DNA of 64,000 nucleotides from Chloroflexota bacterium (GTDB taxonomy: Bacteria > Chloroflexota > Dehalococcoidia > UBA2979). The DNA lies in NCBI GenBank assembly GCA_027593235.1, contig JAQCIU010000007.1, forward strand, positions 1 through 64,000, written 5' to 3'. The position numbers were made by a program, and so were the translations under genes. The stretch's first letter is position 1; each line of letters begins with the position of its first letter. Below are positions 40,087 to 49,885 of this stretch, piece after piece. A model generated the notes under the pieces. It ran no database searches, had not been told where the DNA came from, and saw only the letters and a list, made by a program, of their open reading frames with translations.

Positions 40087-41544
40087 CTAGCTGGCGGTCA
40101 GGACGAGCACCGCATCGCCAGCCGCGTTCGACGCGACCGACGACACCGCCCAGAGCCGAGGCGCCGATCCTACGATCGCCGTCTCCGCGGTCAGCGCGAA
40201 GCCGATCGCGCCGCGCGACCCGTCGAGGATGATCCGCGTGTCGGTCAGCAGCGTCACCGTTCCGCGGAACACCGTGAGATCACCAAACGTCGCCGCAACC
40301 GACGGCGCATCCGCAGGCACTGATGTCGCATCCGCGGGCGCCGGCGTCGCATCCACCGGTGCCTCGGCGCGCGGCGCGGCGTCACGCATCGCATCCGCCA
40401 CCAGTGCCTCGATCCGACCGCGAAGTCGCTCCCCGAGTTGATCGATGAACACTTCGGATCCCAGGAACGATCGCAACGCCTCGAGGTCGTCGAGTTGCCC
40501 GCTGAAGCGCTCGGGTGTGGCCGTCGCGTTCGGCAGCGCTGGATCGAATCGGTCGCCCGGCACCACCTGGATCGGCGGTCCCTGAGGGAACTTCGCTTCG
40601 ATCGTCAACCGCCGGTCGCCGCGCTGAACGAGCAGCTCGATCACGTGCACGATCGAGGATCGCTGTCCCCGTTCCAGCGTGGTCCGCGGCAGCGCATCGC
40701 GGAGCGTCTCGACGTCGCTCGCCGCTACCCCTTCAACCTCGAGGATCACGTCGCCTTCCTCGAGCCCGGCCACCGCCGCCACTGAGTTGGGATCGACGCT
40801 GACGACGCGCAACCCGTCGTTCGCCTGCACCACCGCGATCCCGAGCACGGGTCCCAGCCGCTGCCGCCCAAAGCGATCCGGGGCGGGCTGAGACTGACTG
40901 CCTCCCCCGCCGCTGGGTGCGAACCCAAAGTCCCGCAGGTCGAAGTTGCCGAAGTCGTACCCCCGGAGATCGAACCCCTGCCCCGCGAGTTGCTCGAGGA
41001 ACGAGGTGATCGCTGGTTCGATGCCAAGGCCGCGCGCGACCGTCAGCGTGTGTTCGTCGCCGTCGCGCCGGATCTCCAGTTCGTAGTCGTCGCCCACCTC
41101 GATCGCGGAGACCGCGGCGCGCAACTGCTCGCTGGTCTCGACACGATCGCCGTTCACCGCTCGTATCTCGTCGCCGACCTCGATCCCGGCGTCATCCGCG
41201 GGACTGTCCGCGTCAACGTGACCGACGACCAGCGTCCCGTCCGCCTCGCTGACGCTAACGCCCAGCACCGCGCCGCCCATCAGGAACTGTTCGAGCAGCC
41301 CGCGCAGTCCCTGATCCGCGAATGGACCGTCCTCGAACGCATCACGGGCAAACGGGCCGTCCGCGAACAGGCCGCCCCGCCGGTTCGCGGTGTCGGCGGT
41401 CGGCACGCGCACGTCGTCGTCACGGCTGCGATCGACGACCACCACGATCGCGCCAACGATCGCGACAATCGCCGCGACGCCAACGATCAGCGGTGGCAGA
41501 TTGCGACGGACGTAGCTTCCGGTGGAGCTGGGTGGCGTACTCAT
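40087..41544 (-). CDS. membrane-anchored protein with two PDZ domains
   Basis: N-terminal TM; LGVSV..VDADSPADDAGIEVGDEI and LGIAV..VDPNSVAAVAGLEEGDVI. Confidence 0.8.
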   Translation of the reverse strand: MSTPPSSTGSYVRRNLPPLIVGVAAIVAIVGAIVVVVDRSRDDDVRVPTADTANRRGGLFADGPFARDAFEDGPFADQGLRGLLEQFLMGGAVLGVSVSEADGTLVVGHVDADSPADDAGIEVGDEIRAVNGDRVETSEQLRAAVSAIEVGDDYELEIRRDGDEHTLTVARGLGIEPAITSFLEQLAGQGFDLRGYDFGNFDLRDFGFAPSGGGGSQSQPAPDRFGRQRLGPVLGIAVVQANDGLRVVSVDPNSVAAVAGLEEGDVILEVEGVAASDVETLRDALPRTTLERGQRSSIVHVIELLVQRGDRRLTIEAKFPQGPPIQVVPGDRFDPALPNATATPERFSGQLDDLEALRSFLGSEVFIDQLGERLRGRIEALVADAMRDAAPRAEAPVDATPAPADATSVPADAPSVAATFGDLTVFRGTVTLLTDTRIILDGSRGAIGFALTAETAIVGSAPRLWAVSSVASNAAGDAVLVLTAS

Positions 41545-41561
41545 CGCAGTTCCCTTCTCGG

Positions 41562-43010
41562 CTACGGCCGAGGTGACGCTTCGGGGTTGCCAGGTCCGCC
41601 GATCGGCAGCCACACGCTGAACGTGGTGCCCGCGTCGCGCGACGACTGCACGTGGACCGAGCCACCGTGTGCCTGCACCAGCTCCTGGACGATCGAGAGT
41701 CCGAGGCCGCTGTGCCGCGACTCCGCGCGCGCCGGATCGACCTGGTAGAAGCGGTCGAACACCGCGGCGAGGCCCTCCTTCGGGATCGGTTCACCGCCGT
41801 TGTTCACCTCGATCGCCGCTTCGTCCTCCAGCGCGTAGGTGCGGATCAGCACCTCGCTGCCGCTCGGCGCGAAGCGGATCGCGTTGTCCACGAGGTTGGC
41901 CAGCACCTGCTCCAGCCGCCGCCCGTCCGCGCGTACCGTCGGGCCATCGAGCACCAGCCGCAGGCTCACCGCCGCCTCGTCCGCCTGGAACCGGAACCGC
42001 GCCGCCGCGTCCGCGACGATTGCGTCCAGCCCCACCCGATCGAGGTTGAGCTGCAACGTGCCCGACTCGAGCTGGGAGAGGTACAGCAGGTCATCGACCA
42101 GCACGCGAATTCGTTCGGTCTCGCCGACGATCACGCCGGACATCTCCGCATAGTCCTCGGGCTTCGTCGCCAGGCCGTCGACCATCGCCTGCCCGAATCC
42201 CTGGATCGAGGTCAGCGGCGTCTTCAGCTCGTGCGAGACGTTGGCGATCAGGTCGCGCATCGCACTGTTGCTTCGCGCCACCTGCGTCGACATCTGGTTG
42301 AACGCCGCCGCGAGGCGGCCGATCTCGTCGTCGCCCTCGCCGCGGATGCGCTGATTGAGGTCACCGCGAGCCATCGCTTGCGACGCCCGCGTCATGTCCC
42401 GCACCGGCGTCGTGATCCGCGCAGCGAACAGGAACGCGAACAGCACCGCCACCACGCCGGCCCCGACACCCGCGATCGTCAACCGCGGTAGCAACGCCGC
42501 CCACGCCGAGTTCACGTCCCCGGCCGGCACAGCCAGCACGAGCTGACTGCCCGGCACCCGCGGGAACGAGATGTCGGACGACGTGGTCGCAACGCGGAAG
42601 AAGTACAGATCGTCATTGTTCATCGTCATGCGGACCGATTGGAACGGAGCGATCTGGCCCACCTCGGCGGGCGCTCCGTCCGGAAGCTCCAACACCTCGC
42701 CGAGCGCCGGGTGTTCCGGATCAGTATCGATCAGCACCTCGTTGTTCGAGTCCAGCATCAGAATGCGAATGTCGTAGTAGGTTGCGAATTCGACGAGCTG
42801 CGTGCTGATCTCCGAGCGTGGCCATTTCTGCAGTTCCATACGCTCGACACTGGAGTTGATCGGACCGACCAGGATGCCGATCCGCTGCTCTGCGGCCTCC
42901 GCCTGTTGCTCACGAAGCAGCAGCACGAACGCGGACGCGGAGAGGAACAGCGTCAGGAGAATGACGATGCCGAACCCGGCGAGCAGCCGGGCCCGGAAGC
43001 TACCCAGCAT
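41562..43010 (-). CDS. sensor histidine kinase (HAMP-HisKA-HATPase)
   Basis: DEIGRLAAAFNQM, SHELKTPL, NLVDNAI, FDRFY, SGLGLSI. Confidence 0.95.
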   Translation of the reverse strand: MLGSFRARLLAGFGIVILLTLFLSASAFVLLLREQQAEAAEQRIGILVGPINSSVERMELQKWPRSEISTQLVEFATYYDIRILMLDSNNEVLIDTDPEHPALGEVLELPDGAPAEVGQIAPFQSVRMTMNNDDLYFFRVATTSSDISFPRVPGSQLVLAVPAGDVNSAWAALLPRLTIAGVGAGVVAVLFAFLFAARITTPVRDMTRASQAMARGDLNQRIRGEGDDEIGRLAAAFNQMSTQVARSNSAMRDLIANVSHELKTPLTSIQGFGQAMVDGLATKPEDYAEMSGVIVGETERIRVLVDDLLYLSQLESGTLQLNLDRVGLDAIVADAAARFRFQADEAAVSLRLVLDGPTVRADGRRLEQVLANLVDNAIRFAPSGSEVLIRTYALEDEAAIEVNNGGEPIPKEGLAAVFDRFYQVDPARAESRHSGLGLSIVQELVQAHGGSVHVQSSRDAGTTFSVWLPIGGPGNPEASPRP

Positions 43011-43698
43011 CTCCGGCGGGCACGAACTTGTAGCCCACGCCCCAGACGGTCTCGATCGCGGGCTTGCCGCCCTTGAGCTTGTCCCGCAACCACGCTACGT
43101 GGACGTCGATCGTCCGCGCGTCGCCGTAGAAGTCCTCGCCCCAGACCATCGCCAGCAGCCGCTCGCGGTCCAGCGCCACGTTCGGATGGCGCATGAACGC
43201 CTCGAGAAGATCGAACTCGCGCTGCCGGAGCTTCACCCGTTCGCCCGCCACGTTCACGTCGCGCCCGGCCGGGTCCAACGTCACATCGTTGATCGTCACC
43301 GGACTCGGTCCGTTGTCGCCCTCGATCTTGTCCCACTCGCGCCGGCGCAGCACCGCTTTCACGCGCGCGACCAGTTCACGAGGGTTGAACGGCTTCGTCA
43401 CATAATCGTCCGCCCCCATCTCGAGGCCGACGATCTTGTCGACGTCGTCGGAACGGGCGGTCAGCATGATCACCGGCACATCGGACTGCTTGCGAATCTC
43501 CGTGCACACGTCGAATCCGCCGATCTCCGGCATCATCAGATCCAGCAGCACGAGATCGGGATTCTCGGTCGCGAACCGATCGAGCGCTTCGCGCCCGTTG
43601 CGCGCTACGACGACCTCGTAGCCCTCCTGGCGGAGGTACAGCCGCAGTAGTTTGGTGATGTTCTGTTCGTCATCGGCGACGAGGATTTTGGCGGTCAT
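43000..43698 (-). CDS. OmpR-family response regulator
   Basis: ADDE, LLDLMMP, GADDYVTKPF, ETVWGVGYKF. Confidence 0.96.
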   Translation of the reverse strand: MTAKILVADDEQNITKLLRLYLRQEGYEVVVARNGREALDRFATENPDLVLLDLMMPEIGGFDVCTEIRKQSDVPVIMLTARSDDVDKIVGLEMGADDYVTKPFNPRELVARVKAVLRRREWDKIEGDNGPSPVTINDVTLDPAGRDVNVAGERVKLRQREFDLLEAFMRHPNVALDRERLLAMVWGEDFYGDARTIDVHVAWLRDKLKGGKPAIETVWGVGYKFVPAGDAG

Positions 43699-43950
43699 GG
43701 GTACGCCTGGACGGTGGGGGGTGGAGGTCGGGGCCGAGCCAAGTCACCACAAGGGTGACCCCGTCGTCGTTCGCAACCGCTCCCACCACTTGCTCTTTTC
43801 GACGAACGTCGCCGGGTTGGCTCGGCCCCTACAGTCCATAGGATGCCGGAAGCCCATTGGCGCGCCGCTATCCAAGTGTAAACGAACTATGATCTTTACC
43901 CGGCTCCAATTCACCGGAAAAACGCCCTATTTCCGGGGCGATCCCGCCCC

Positions 43951-44184
43951 TTACTGCGGCGGACGCCGCAGCCGCCGAAGCTGATCGGTTCCCACGCTCG
44001 GCCGCACCACCGCTTCGCGGTTCTCGCCGGCCACCTCGGCCAGCAACTCCTCGCGTAGGACCGAGATCGATCGAGGCGCGTCGATGCCGATCTTCACCCG
44101 CTCGCCGTCAATCGACAGCACGCGAACGATCACATCGTTGTTGATCACAATTCCTTGCTCAACCTTGCGCGTCAGAATCAGCAC
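43951..44184 (-). CDS. csrA: carbon storage regulator CsrA
   Basis: MLILTRK.EQGIVI...VKIGIDAPRSISVLREEL. Confidence 0.95.
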   Translation of the reverse strand: MLILTRKVEQGIVINNDVIVRVLSIDGERVKIGIDAPRSISVLREELLAEVAGENREAVVRPSVGTDQLRRLRRPPQ

Positions 44185-44250
44185 GCTGGGCCTCCTGCCG
44201 CTCGTGCGCTCTGGGGACGGCGCCGAAGCACCGCTCGAGGGCGGTTAATC

Positions 44251-44741
44251 TCAGGCGCTGGCCGCCAGGCCCAGCATGGTGAAAACGGGTCGTCGAAGCG
44301 CGTACTCGGATTCCTGCAGCACCACCTGGCGTGCCAGGTGCGTCCGCCGGCAGAACACGATCGGCGCCAGCAGGTTCGCCGTAATGTCCTCCGGCACCTC
44401 GCGCAGCGTCAGGATGCACCGGACGAACGCGTCCTCCGGGCTCTCCATCCCCAGCTCCTCCGCATCCCGATCGGGAAGCTCGAAGCCAAAGTCAGGCTCG
44501 AAGAGGAACGGCTCCAACAGCGGCAGCGCGATGTCCGGATCCTCGACCGACTGCAGCCACTCCACGGGCGAATCGTTGCCGTCCGGGATCAGCGCGAAGC
44601 GGCGAAGCTGCTCGAACCCACCCAGTGGTGGCTCGAACGCAAACGATGCGCGGGCGGTACCGCGCGGATCTGCTCCGCGACTTCGTGCTCATGCTGGGAT
44701 CGCTTGAGCTCCCGGATGAGGGGATGCTGACGCCGTTGCAC
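44251..44741 (-). pseudogene. fliW: flagellar assembly factor FliW, frameshifted near 44641-44643
   Basis: GFEQLRRFAL, WLQSVEDPDIALPLLEPF, ITANLLAPIVF, QVVL; adding one base to the short T-run joins the N-terminal frame (…VPPAHR|FAFEPPLGGF); start uncertain. Confidence 0.8.
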
Positions 44742-44937
44742 CCCCCGTTGGAGGCTGCAAAACCCGCGTTCCGGTCGCCGACCATCTAGCGACGATCGGC
44801 TTGCGGCGCGCTGTCAGGCGACAGCAGGGTCGATCATGTACGGCGGCGGGGCCGCACATGTCCACGGAACTGCGTCGACGACGTTCCTTCGCCCGGGAAC
44901 CGATCCCGAGCCCCAAAGAACCGCCGAGGGTTGAACC

Positions 44938-45150
44938 CTAGAGGCGCAGCTTGCCGTGCGAGGGCTGACGGCGGCGCTGCTTGCCGGCCATCAAACGCTC
45001 TTCTTCTTCAATGTCCTTGGGGTCACAGCGCTCGCTGTCGTGGACAAAGCCACAAGCGATGCAGGTGCCGAACTTCCCGTACCAGTCGTCCTCGATAAGC
45101 ATGAGGCCGCGGCAACGCGGGCAGTTCTTTGGCGGGGCGCTTGAAATCAT
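44938..45150 (-). CDS. small Cys4 zinc-ribbon protein of unknown function
   Basis: CPRC-x17-CIAC; GAGGAG SD; acidic then basic tail. Confidence 0.85.
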   Translation of the reverse strand: MISSAPPKNCPRCRGLMLIEDDWYGKFGTCIACGFVHDSERCDPKDIEEEERLMAGKQRRRQPSHGKLRL

Positions 45151-45206
45151 GGCCCGCACTCCTCTGTCTGTCGTGCGTCCGGCGTCCCGCCGGCTGGGCC
45201 TGAATC

Positions 45207-45336
45207 GTCTGCTTCCGGGGTTAGCTGACGGGTTCGGGTCGGTCCAGGTTGACCCGTCCTCCCATTGGAGGATTCACCCCTAGGATTGGTTCCCCCGGTC
45301 TCGACTGTCCTGGCGGGCAGCCGAGATTCAGCAGAG
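45207..45336 (-). promoter_or_regulatory. c-di-AMP riboswitch (ydaO/yuaA class)
   Basis: minus strand TCTGCTGAATC...GACCGGGGGAACCA..GGGGTGAATCC...GGGTC..GACCCGAACCCGTCAGCTAACCCCGGAAGCAGA; closing TCTGCT/AGCAGA; pseudoknot CCTGGA/TTCAGG. Confidence 0.93.
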
Positions 45337-45349
45337 CGCTTACGCGCCA

Positions 45350-45388
45350 TAGCACAATTACAAGCGGAATCCGTTCGTGATTGTGCTA
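45350..45388. promoter_or_regulatory. 39-bp imperfect palindrome (candidate operator)
   Basis: TAGCACAATTACAAGCGGA-A-TCCGTTCGTGATTGTGCTA; 16 of 19 positions Watson-Crick. Confidence 0.55.
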
Positions 45389-45526
45389 ACAAGAGCATAC
45401 CCCGGCGCCTCGTCATGTCAAGGTTCGGTAAATGGCGTTTACGCACAGTCTCATCACGGCTGATCGACCGCTGCTTCGATAGGATTAGCCCCTGAATCCC
45501 GCTTGCAGCCGGCGAAAGGTCGCCCC

Positions 45527-46627
45527 GTGTCCGCCCTTCCCGATCCTCGCACGGTCATCCACGACACCGTCACTCGCATCGCTCCGGTCAGCGACCTAGC
45601 CGCGGAAACGGCGCGCGCACGCCACGGTCAGCTCACCAAACCGCCCGGATCGCTGGGCCGACTGGAGGATCTGGCGGTGCGGATCGCGGCGATCCGCGAC
45701 GAACCGCGCCCGCGGCTGGATCGGCGATTGATCGTCGTGGCGGCGGCGGATCATGGCGTGACCGCACGCGGGGTCTCCGCCTACCCGGCGGAGGTAACGG
45801 CGCAGATGGTGGCGAATTTCCTGGCTGGCGGCGCGGCGATCAACGTGCTGGCCGATCACGCGGGAGCGCGCGTGCGTGTGGTGGACGCAGGCGTCGCAAC
45901 CGACACCGGCGACCACCCGGCGCTGGAGACACTGCGACTGGGTCGCGGCACCGCCGATATCACCGCGGGGCCAGCGATGCCGCAAGCGGTGGCGGAACGC
46001 GCGCTGGCCGCCGGGATCGCCATCGTCGAGGACGAACTGGACGCCCGAGGCCTGAACCTCGTGGGGTGTGGGGAGATGGGGATCGGCAACACGACCGCGG
46101 CGGCGGCGATCGTCGCGGCGGTGAGCGGACGACCGCCGATCGCGGTGACCGGGCGCGGGACGGGCATCGACGACGCGACCCACGCGCGCAAGGTGGAGGC
46201 GATCGAAACGGCGTTACGGGTAAATCACCCGGATCCGCTGGACGGTGTGGACCTCCTCGCGAAGATCGGCGGCTTCGAGATCGGGCTGCTGGCGGGCGTT
46301 TATCTCGGCGCGGCCGCGCGGCGGGTGCCGGCGATCGTCGACGGCCTGATCTCGGGGGCGGCCGCGCTGATCGCGGTTGCGATCGAGCCACGGGTGCGCG
46401 ACTACCTGATCGCGTCGCACCGCTCGGTCGAGCCGGGGCACACGGCGACGCTAGAAATACTGGGGCTCGACCCGCTGCTGGAGCTGGACCTGCGGCTCGG
46501 CGAGGGCACTGGCGCGGCGTTGGGGATGACGATCTGTGTCGCCGCCTGCCGCGTGCTGGACGAGATGGCCACGTTCGCGGAGGCCGGCGTCTCCGACTCC
46601 GACACGGTGATCGAACCGGAAGGATGA
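45527..46627 (+). CDS. cobT: nicotinate-nucleotide--dimethylbenzimidazole phosphoribosyltransferase
   Basis: LTKPPGSLGRLE, ADHGV, GEMGIGNTT, GGFEI, RLGEGTGA, MATF. Confidence 0.96.
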   Translation: MSALPDPRTVIHDTVTRIAPVSDLAAETARARHGQLTKPPGSLGRLEDLAVRIAAIRDEPRPRLDRRLIVVAAADHGVTARGVSAYPAEVTAQMVANFLAGGAAINVLADHAGARVRVVDAGVATDTGDHPALETLRLGRGTADITAGPAMPQAVAERALAAGIAIVEDELDARGLNLVGCGEMGIGNTTAAAAIVAAVSGRPPIAVTGRGTGIDDATHARKVEAIETALRVNHPDPLDGVDLLAKIGGFEIGLLAGVYLGAAARRVPAIVDGLISGAAALIAVAIEPRVRDYLIASHRSVEPGHTATLEILGLDPLLELDLRLGEGTGAALGMTICVAACRVLDEMATFAEAGVSDSDTVIEPEG

Positions 46628-47412
46628 ACGCGATCGGGCGCGTGCTGAGCGGCGCGCCGATCGCCCTCGAATTCCTCACCCCGCTGCGGCTCCGCGCGGT
46701 GCAGCGTCATGACGACCGCGTGTTCGCGGAGGCGGTCGGCTGGTACCCGGCGGTCGGCCTGCTGATCGGCTGCGGGCTGCTCGCGCTGGACCGAGGGCTC
46801 TCCGAACTGCTCCCGCCGGCGCCGACCGCCGCGCTGCTGATTGCGGCGCTGGCGCTCGTTTCGGGCGGGCTCCACCTCGACGGCGTCGCCGACACGGCCG
46901 ACGGTCTGGCGGTACAGGGCGACCGCGAGCGCCGGCTCGCGGTCATGCGCGACAGCACGACAGGGCCGGCCGGCGTGATGGCGCTGGTGTTGGTGCTGTT
47001 GGTCGGCTGGTCCGCGCTCGCCGCGCTGGAGGATCCGTTCCGGTCCGGTGCGCTGGTGCTTGCGCCGGCCCTCGGACGGTGGGCGGTGATCCCGGTTGCC
47101 GCGACCTTCACCCCGGCACGCGCGGGCGGCCTGGGCCAGACGATCCACCGCGGTATCTGGCCGTTCGCCGGGCCATTCGGCACGCTGACAGTCAGCGCGG
47201 CTGCCGTCGCGCTGTTCGGCCTCGGCGGGCTCGTGCTGGTGCTGATCGCGGGCGTTGCCGCGTTGATCGTCGCGGCTGCGGCGGCGCGGCTGCTACGCGG
47301 CGTGAGCGGCGACATCTTTGGCGCGTGCATCGAGGTGGCGCAGGTGGTGAGCTGGCTCGCGATCCTCGCGGCGGCGCAGCGCGACTGGATCGACGCGGCG
47401 CTGCTGGGCTAG
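46624..47412 (+). CDS. cobS: adenosylcobinamide-GDP ribazoletransferase
   Basis: FLT, GGLHLDGVADTADG, MRDS..G, GVSGDIFGA; ATGA overlap. Confidence 0.94.
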   Translation: MNAIGRVLSGAPIALEFLTPLRLRAVQRHDDRVFAEAVGWYPAVGLLIGCGLLALDRGLSELLPPAPTAALLIAALALVSGGLHLDGVADTADGLAVQGDRERRLAVMRDSTTGPAGVMALVLVLLVGWSALAALEDPFRSGALVLAPALGRWAVIPVAATFTPARAGGLGQTIHRGIWPFAGPFGTLTVSAAAVALFGLGGLVLVLIAGVAALIVAAAAARLLRGVSGDIFGACIEVAQVVSWLAILAAAQRDWIDAALLG

Positions 47413-47441
47413 GGCGGCTCGAGGGAAGAGGCAGGGCGGCA

Positions 47442-48002
47442 ATGGGCCAGATCACATTCGTCACCGGTGGCGCGCGCAGCGGGAAGAGCGCCTTCGCAGA
47501 GCAGATCGCGGCGGCGTCTGACCAGCCGGTCACCTACATCGCCACGCTCGAGCCGTTGGACGCGGAGATGCGCGAGCGAATCGCTCGGCATCGCGAGCAG
47601 CGACCGACGGCGTGGCAGACCATCGAGGCGCCTCGAGACGTCGCGGCCGCCTGTAGCGCCGCGCCGAACGACACGACGATCCTGCTCGACTGCCTTTCGC
47701 TCTGGGTGTCGAACCGGCTCCTCGCACTGGGTGACGAACCCAGCCTCGAGGGCGTGCGATCGCTGGAGCAGGCGTTGGATGCCGAGATCGACCAACTGAT
47801 CGGGCTCGCGCGCGGGCGTCCGGGTGCGCTGGTTGTGGTCAGCAACGAGGTCGGCAGCGGCGTGGTGCCGCCCTCGGCGTTGGGCCGCGCGTACCGAGAC
47901 GTGCTGGGGCGCGCGAACCAGCGGGTATCGCTGGCGGCGGACCGCGCGTGGCTCCTCGTGGCCGGGCGCGCCCTCGAGCTGCCGTCGCCCGAAGGACGCT
48001 AG
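47442..48002 (+). CDS. cobU: adenosylcobinamide kinase / guanylyltransferase
   Basis: TGGARSGKSAFAE, EMRERIARH, DCLSLW, SNEVGSG, GRANQ. Confidence 0.95.
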   Translation: MGQITFVTGGARSGKSAFAEQIAAASDQPVTYIATLEPLDAEMRERIARHREQRPTAWQTIEAPRDVAAACSAAPNDTTILLDCLSLWVSNRLLALGDEPSLEGVRSLEQALDAEIDQLIGLARGRPGALVVVSNEVGSGVVPPSALGRAYRDVLGRANQRVSLAADRAWLLVAGRALELPSPEGR

Positions 48003-48023
48003 CGGGGACGGCTGGCGAACGGA

Positions 48024-48512
48024 CTACGCGCCGGGTTTCACGACCATCAGGTAGGGGAAGACGATCAACAGGATCGTGAGCACGGCCCCGATCGCCTTCA
48101 CCTTCGGCGAAGCGAACTCGGCTTGCAGCTCGGCGCTCGCGGACACCCCGCTCGCGATCAACTCGTCGGCCTTCGCCCGCATCTGCTTGGCGTGGGGCCC
48201 CATCACACCGGTGCCCAGTCCCATCGCGACGAACCAGAGGAGGAACGAGGCGCTCACCCACGCGTCGCTGAACTCGACTCCGGGATGGTCGATGACCAGC
48301 AGGCTGCCGAAGACGATCGCCAACAGCGCTCCGGGAATGGTCAGCACGTATTCGAGCTTGTGCTGCAGATCGGCCGCGACGCGCATCGTGTGGACCGCCG
48401 TGCCGTTACCCGCGTAGATCCCGAGCGCCGTCGCCGCGAGTGACCCACCGGCAATCATGAAGGCACCCGCGATGTGAACGATCAGATACAGCTCGTACGT
48501 GCTCAAGATCAT
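48024..48512 (-). CDS. DUF2269-like membrane protein
   Basis: 4 TM, LIVHIAGA…YLMVVKPG; GAGGAGG SD. Confidence 0.75.
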   Translation of the reverse strand: MILSTYELYLIVHIAGAFMIAGGSLAATALGIYAGNGTAVHTMRVAADLQHKLEYVLTIPGALLAIVFGSLLVIDHPGVEFSDAWVSASFLLWFVAMGLGTGVMGPHAKQMRAKADELIASGVSASAELQAEFASPKVKAIGAVLTILLIVFPYLMVVKPGA

Positions 48513-48560
48513 GCCTCCTCGACCGGCGACCTTGCCGGTCACGCAGCGCACGCTACACCA

Positions 48561-48592
48561 GCAACCCCGGTGGTTGTAGCCACCGGGGTTGC
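48561..48592. terminator. perfect 13-bp stem-loop downstream of the HtrA-like gene
   Basis: GCAACCCCGGTGG-TTGTAG-CCACCGGGGTTGC. Confidence 0.6.
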
Positions 48593-48624
48593 AGTGTGGA
48601 GGTACTTGGGCCGACCCGCGGGGG

Positions 48625-49749
48625 CTAGCCGGCCCAGGTCTGTAACGTTGCGGTCAACTCCAGATCGGAGCCTCCGCGGAGGATGCTGAGCGTCACCTGA
48701 TCGCCCACCTCGTAGCTGTCGATCTCCACGGCGAGTTCCTCGAACGACTCGATCGGGACGCCCTGGATATGGGTGATGATGTCGCCGGCTTGCACGCCAG
48801 CCTCAAGGGCAGCGCCTTGGAGTTGGCCGCCGACGCGGAACCCTCGGGTGACGGGGAGGCCTTCGTCCGCGGCCAGCACTTCGTCGACGGTGGCACCACC
48901 GACGCCAAGCTGGGTGTGTTGGACCACATCGCCGGCGATTAGTTGCGGCAGGAAGCGGAGCGCGGTGTTGGACGGGACGGCAAAGCCGAGCCCAACGCTA
49001 CCGCGGAACCCCTCCGGACCGGCGATCGAGGTATTGATGGCGATGACCTCACCCTTCGCGTTGAAGAGCGGGCCTCCAGAGTTGCCGGGGTTCAGCGCGG
49101 CGTCCGTCTGGATGACGTTGAGGATCCGACGATCCGTGAAACTGGAATCGGTGTAGCGCCCGGTGCCACTGACGATCCCGGTGGTCACGGTGAAGGCGTG
49201 CGAGTAGGGGTCGCCGATGGCAAACACGGCATCACCCACGCGTGCGGCGTCCGAATCGCCCAGCGTCGCCGGGTGGAGCAGCGCGGGATCGAAGTCCGCC
49301 TGAATGACCGCCAGATCGCTGCTCGGATCAGTCCCCAGCACCGTCGCGACCGCAGCGCTACCGTCCGGCAGGTACGCGACGATCCGCGTCCCGGACTGCA
49401 GGGAGTCCTCGATGACATGGAAGTTCGTGAGGATGTGGCCGTCGGTGTCGAGGACCACGCCGGAACCTTCGCTGTTGCCGATGGAGAGCTTGACCACGGA
49501 GGGCATCACCGACGCAACGAGCGTCGGGAGATCATCAAACGATGAGAGTTCGCTGATTGTCACTTCGGTCGCGGAATCATCTGGGGTGCGAACGACCGGT
49601 AGTGAGCCGCCGCTGAGATCGCCCTCGGCGGTTGCGGCGGGCGCGGCCGTTGGCGCGTCACCGTCCACCATCTGGGCGGTCACGAATCCGCCGACGAGCA
49701 TGGACGCGACCACCAGCAGTGCGATCCCGCCTGCACGTAGTCCCGCCAC
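48625..49749 (-). CDS. HtrA/DegP-like serine protease with PDZ domain
   Basis: LTNFHV, SDLAVI, QTDAALNPGNSGGPL, C-terminal PDZ. Confidence 0.93.
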   Translation of the reverse strand: MAGLRAGGIALLVVASMLVGGFVTAQMVDGDAPTAAPAATAEGDLSGGSLPVVRTPDDSATEVTISELSSFDDLPTLVASVMPSVVKLSIGNSEGSGVVLDTDGHILTNFHVIEDSLQSGTRIVAYLPDGSAAVATVLGTDPSSDLAVIQADFDPALLHPATLGDSDAARVGDAVFAIGDPYSHAFTVTTGIVSGTGRYTDSSFTDRRILNVIQTDAALNPGNSGGPLFNAKGEVIAINTSIAGPEGFRGSVGLGFAVPSNTALRFLPQLIAGDVVQHTQLGVGGATVDEVLAADEGLPVTRGFRVGGQLQGAALEAGVQAGDIITHIQGVPIESFEELAVEIDSYEVGDQVTLSILRGGSDLELTATLQTWAG

Positions 49750-49885
49750 CGCACACCTCCACTGCCAACCGTTCAGTCAGACCATCTTCGGACGCGCGCA
49801 CCAACCCCGCGTCTTCAAAGTGTGAAGGGGCTGCTAAGGCTCCGGGAGCGCGGGGACCCCGATCTGGCGGCGTGCGGACCCGTAG

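Noticed and set aside
45389-45526. Cobalamin riboswitch upstream of cobT
   Set aside because: No B12-box or GGGAA/GCCACTG elements visible
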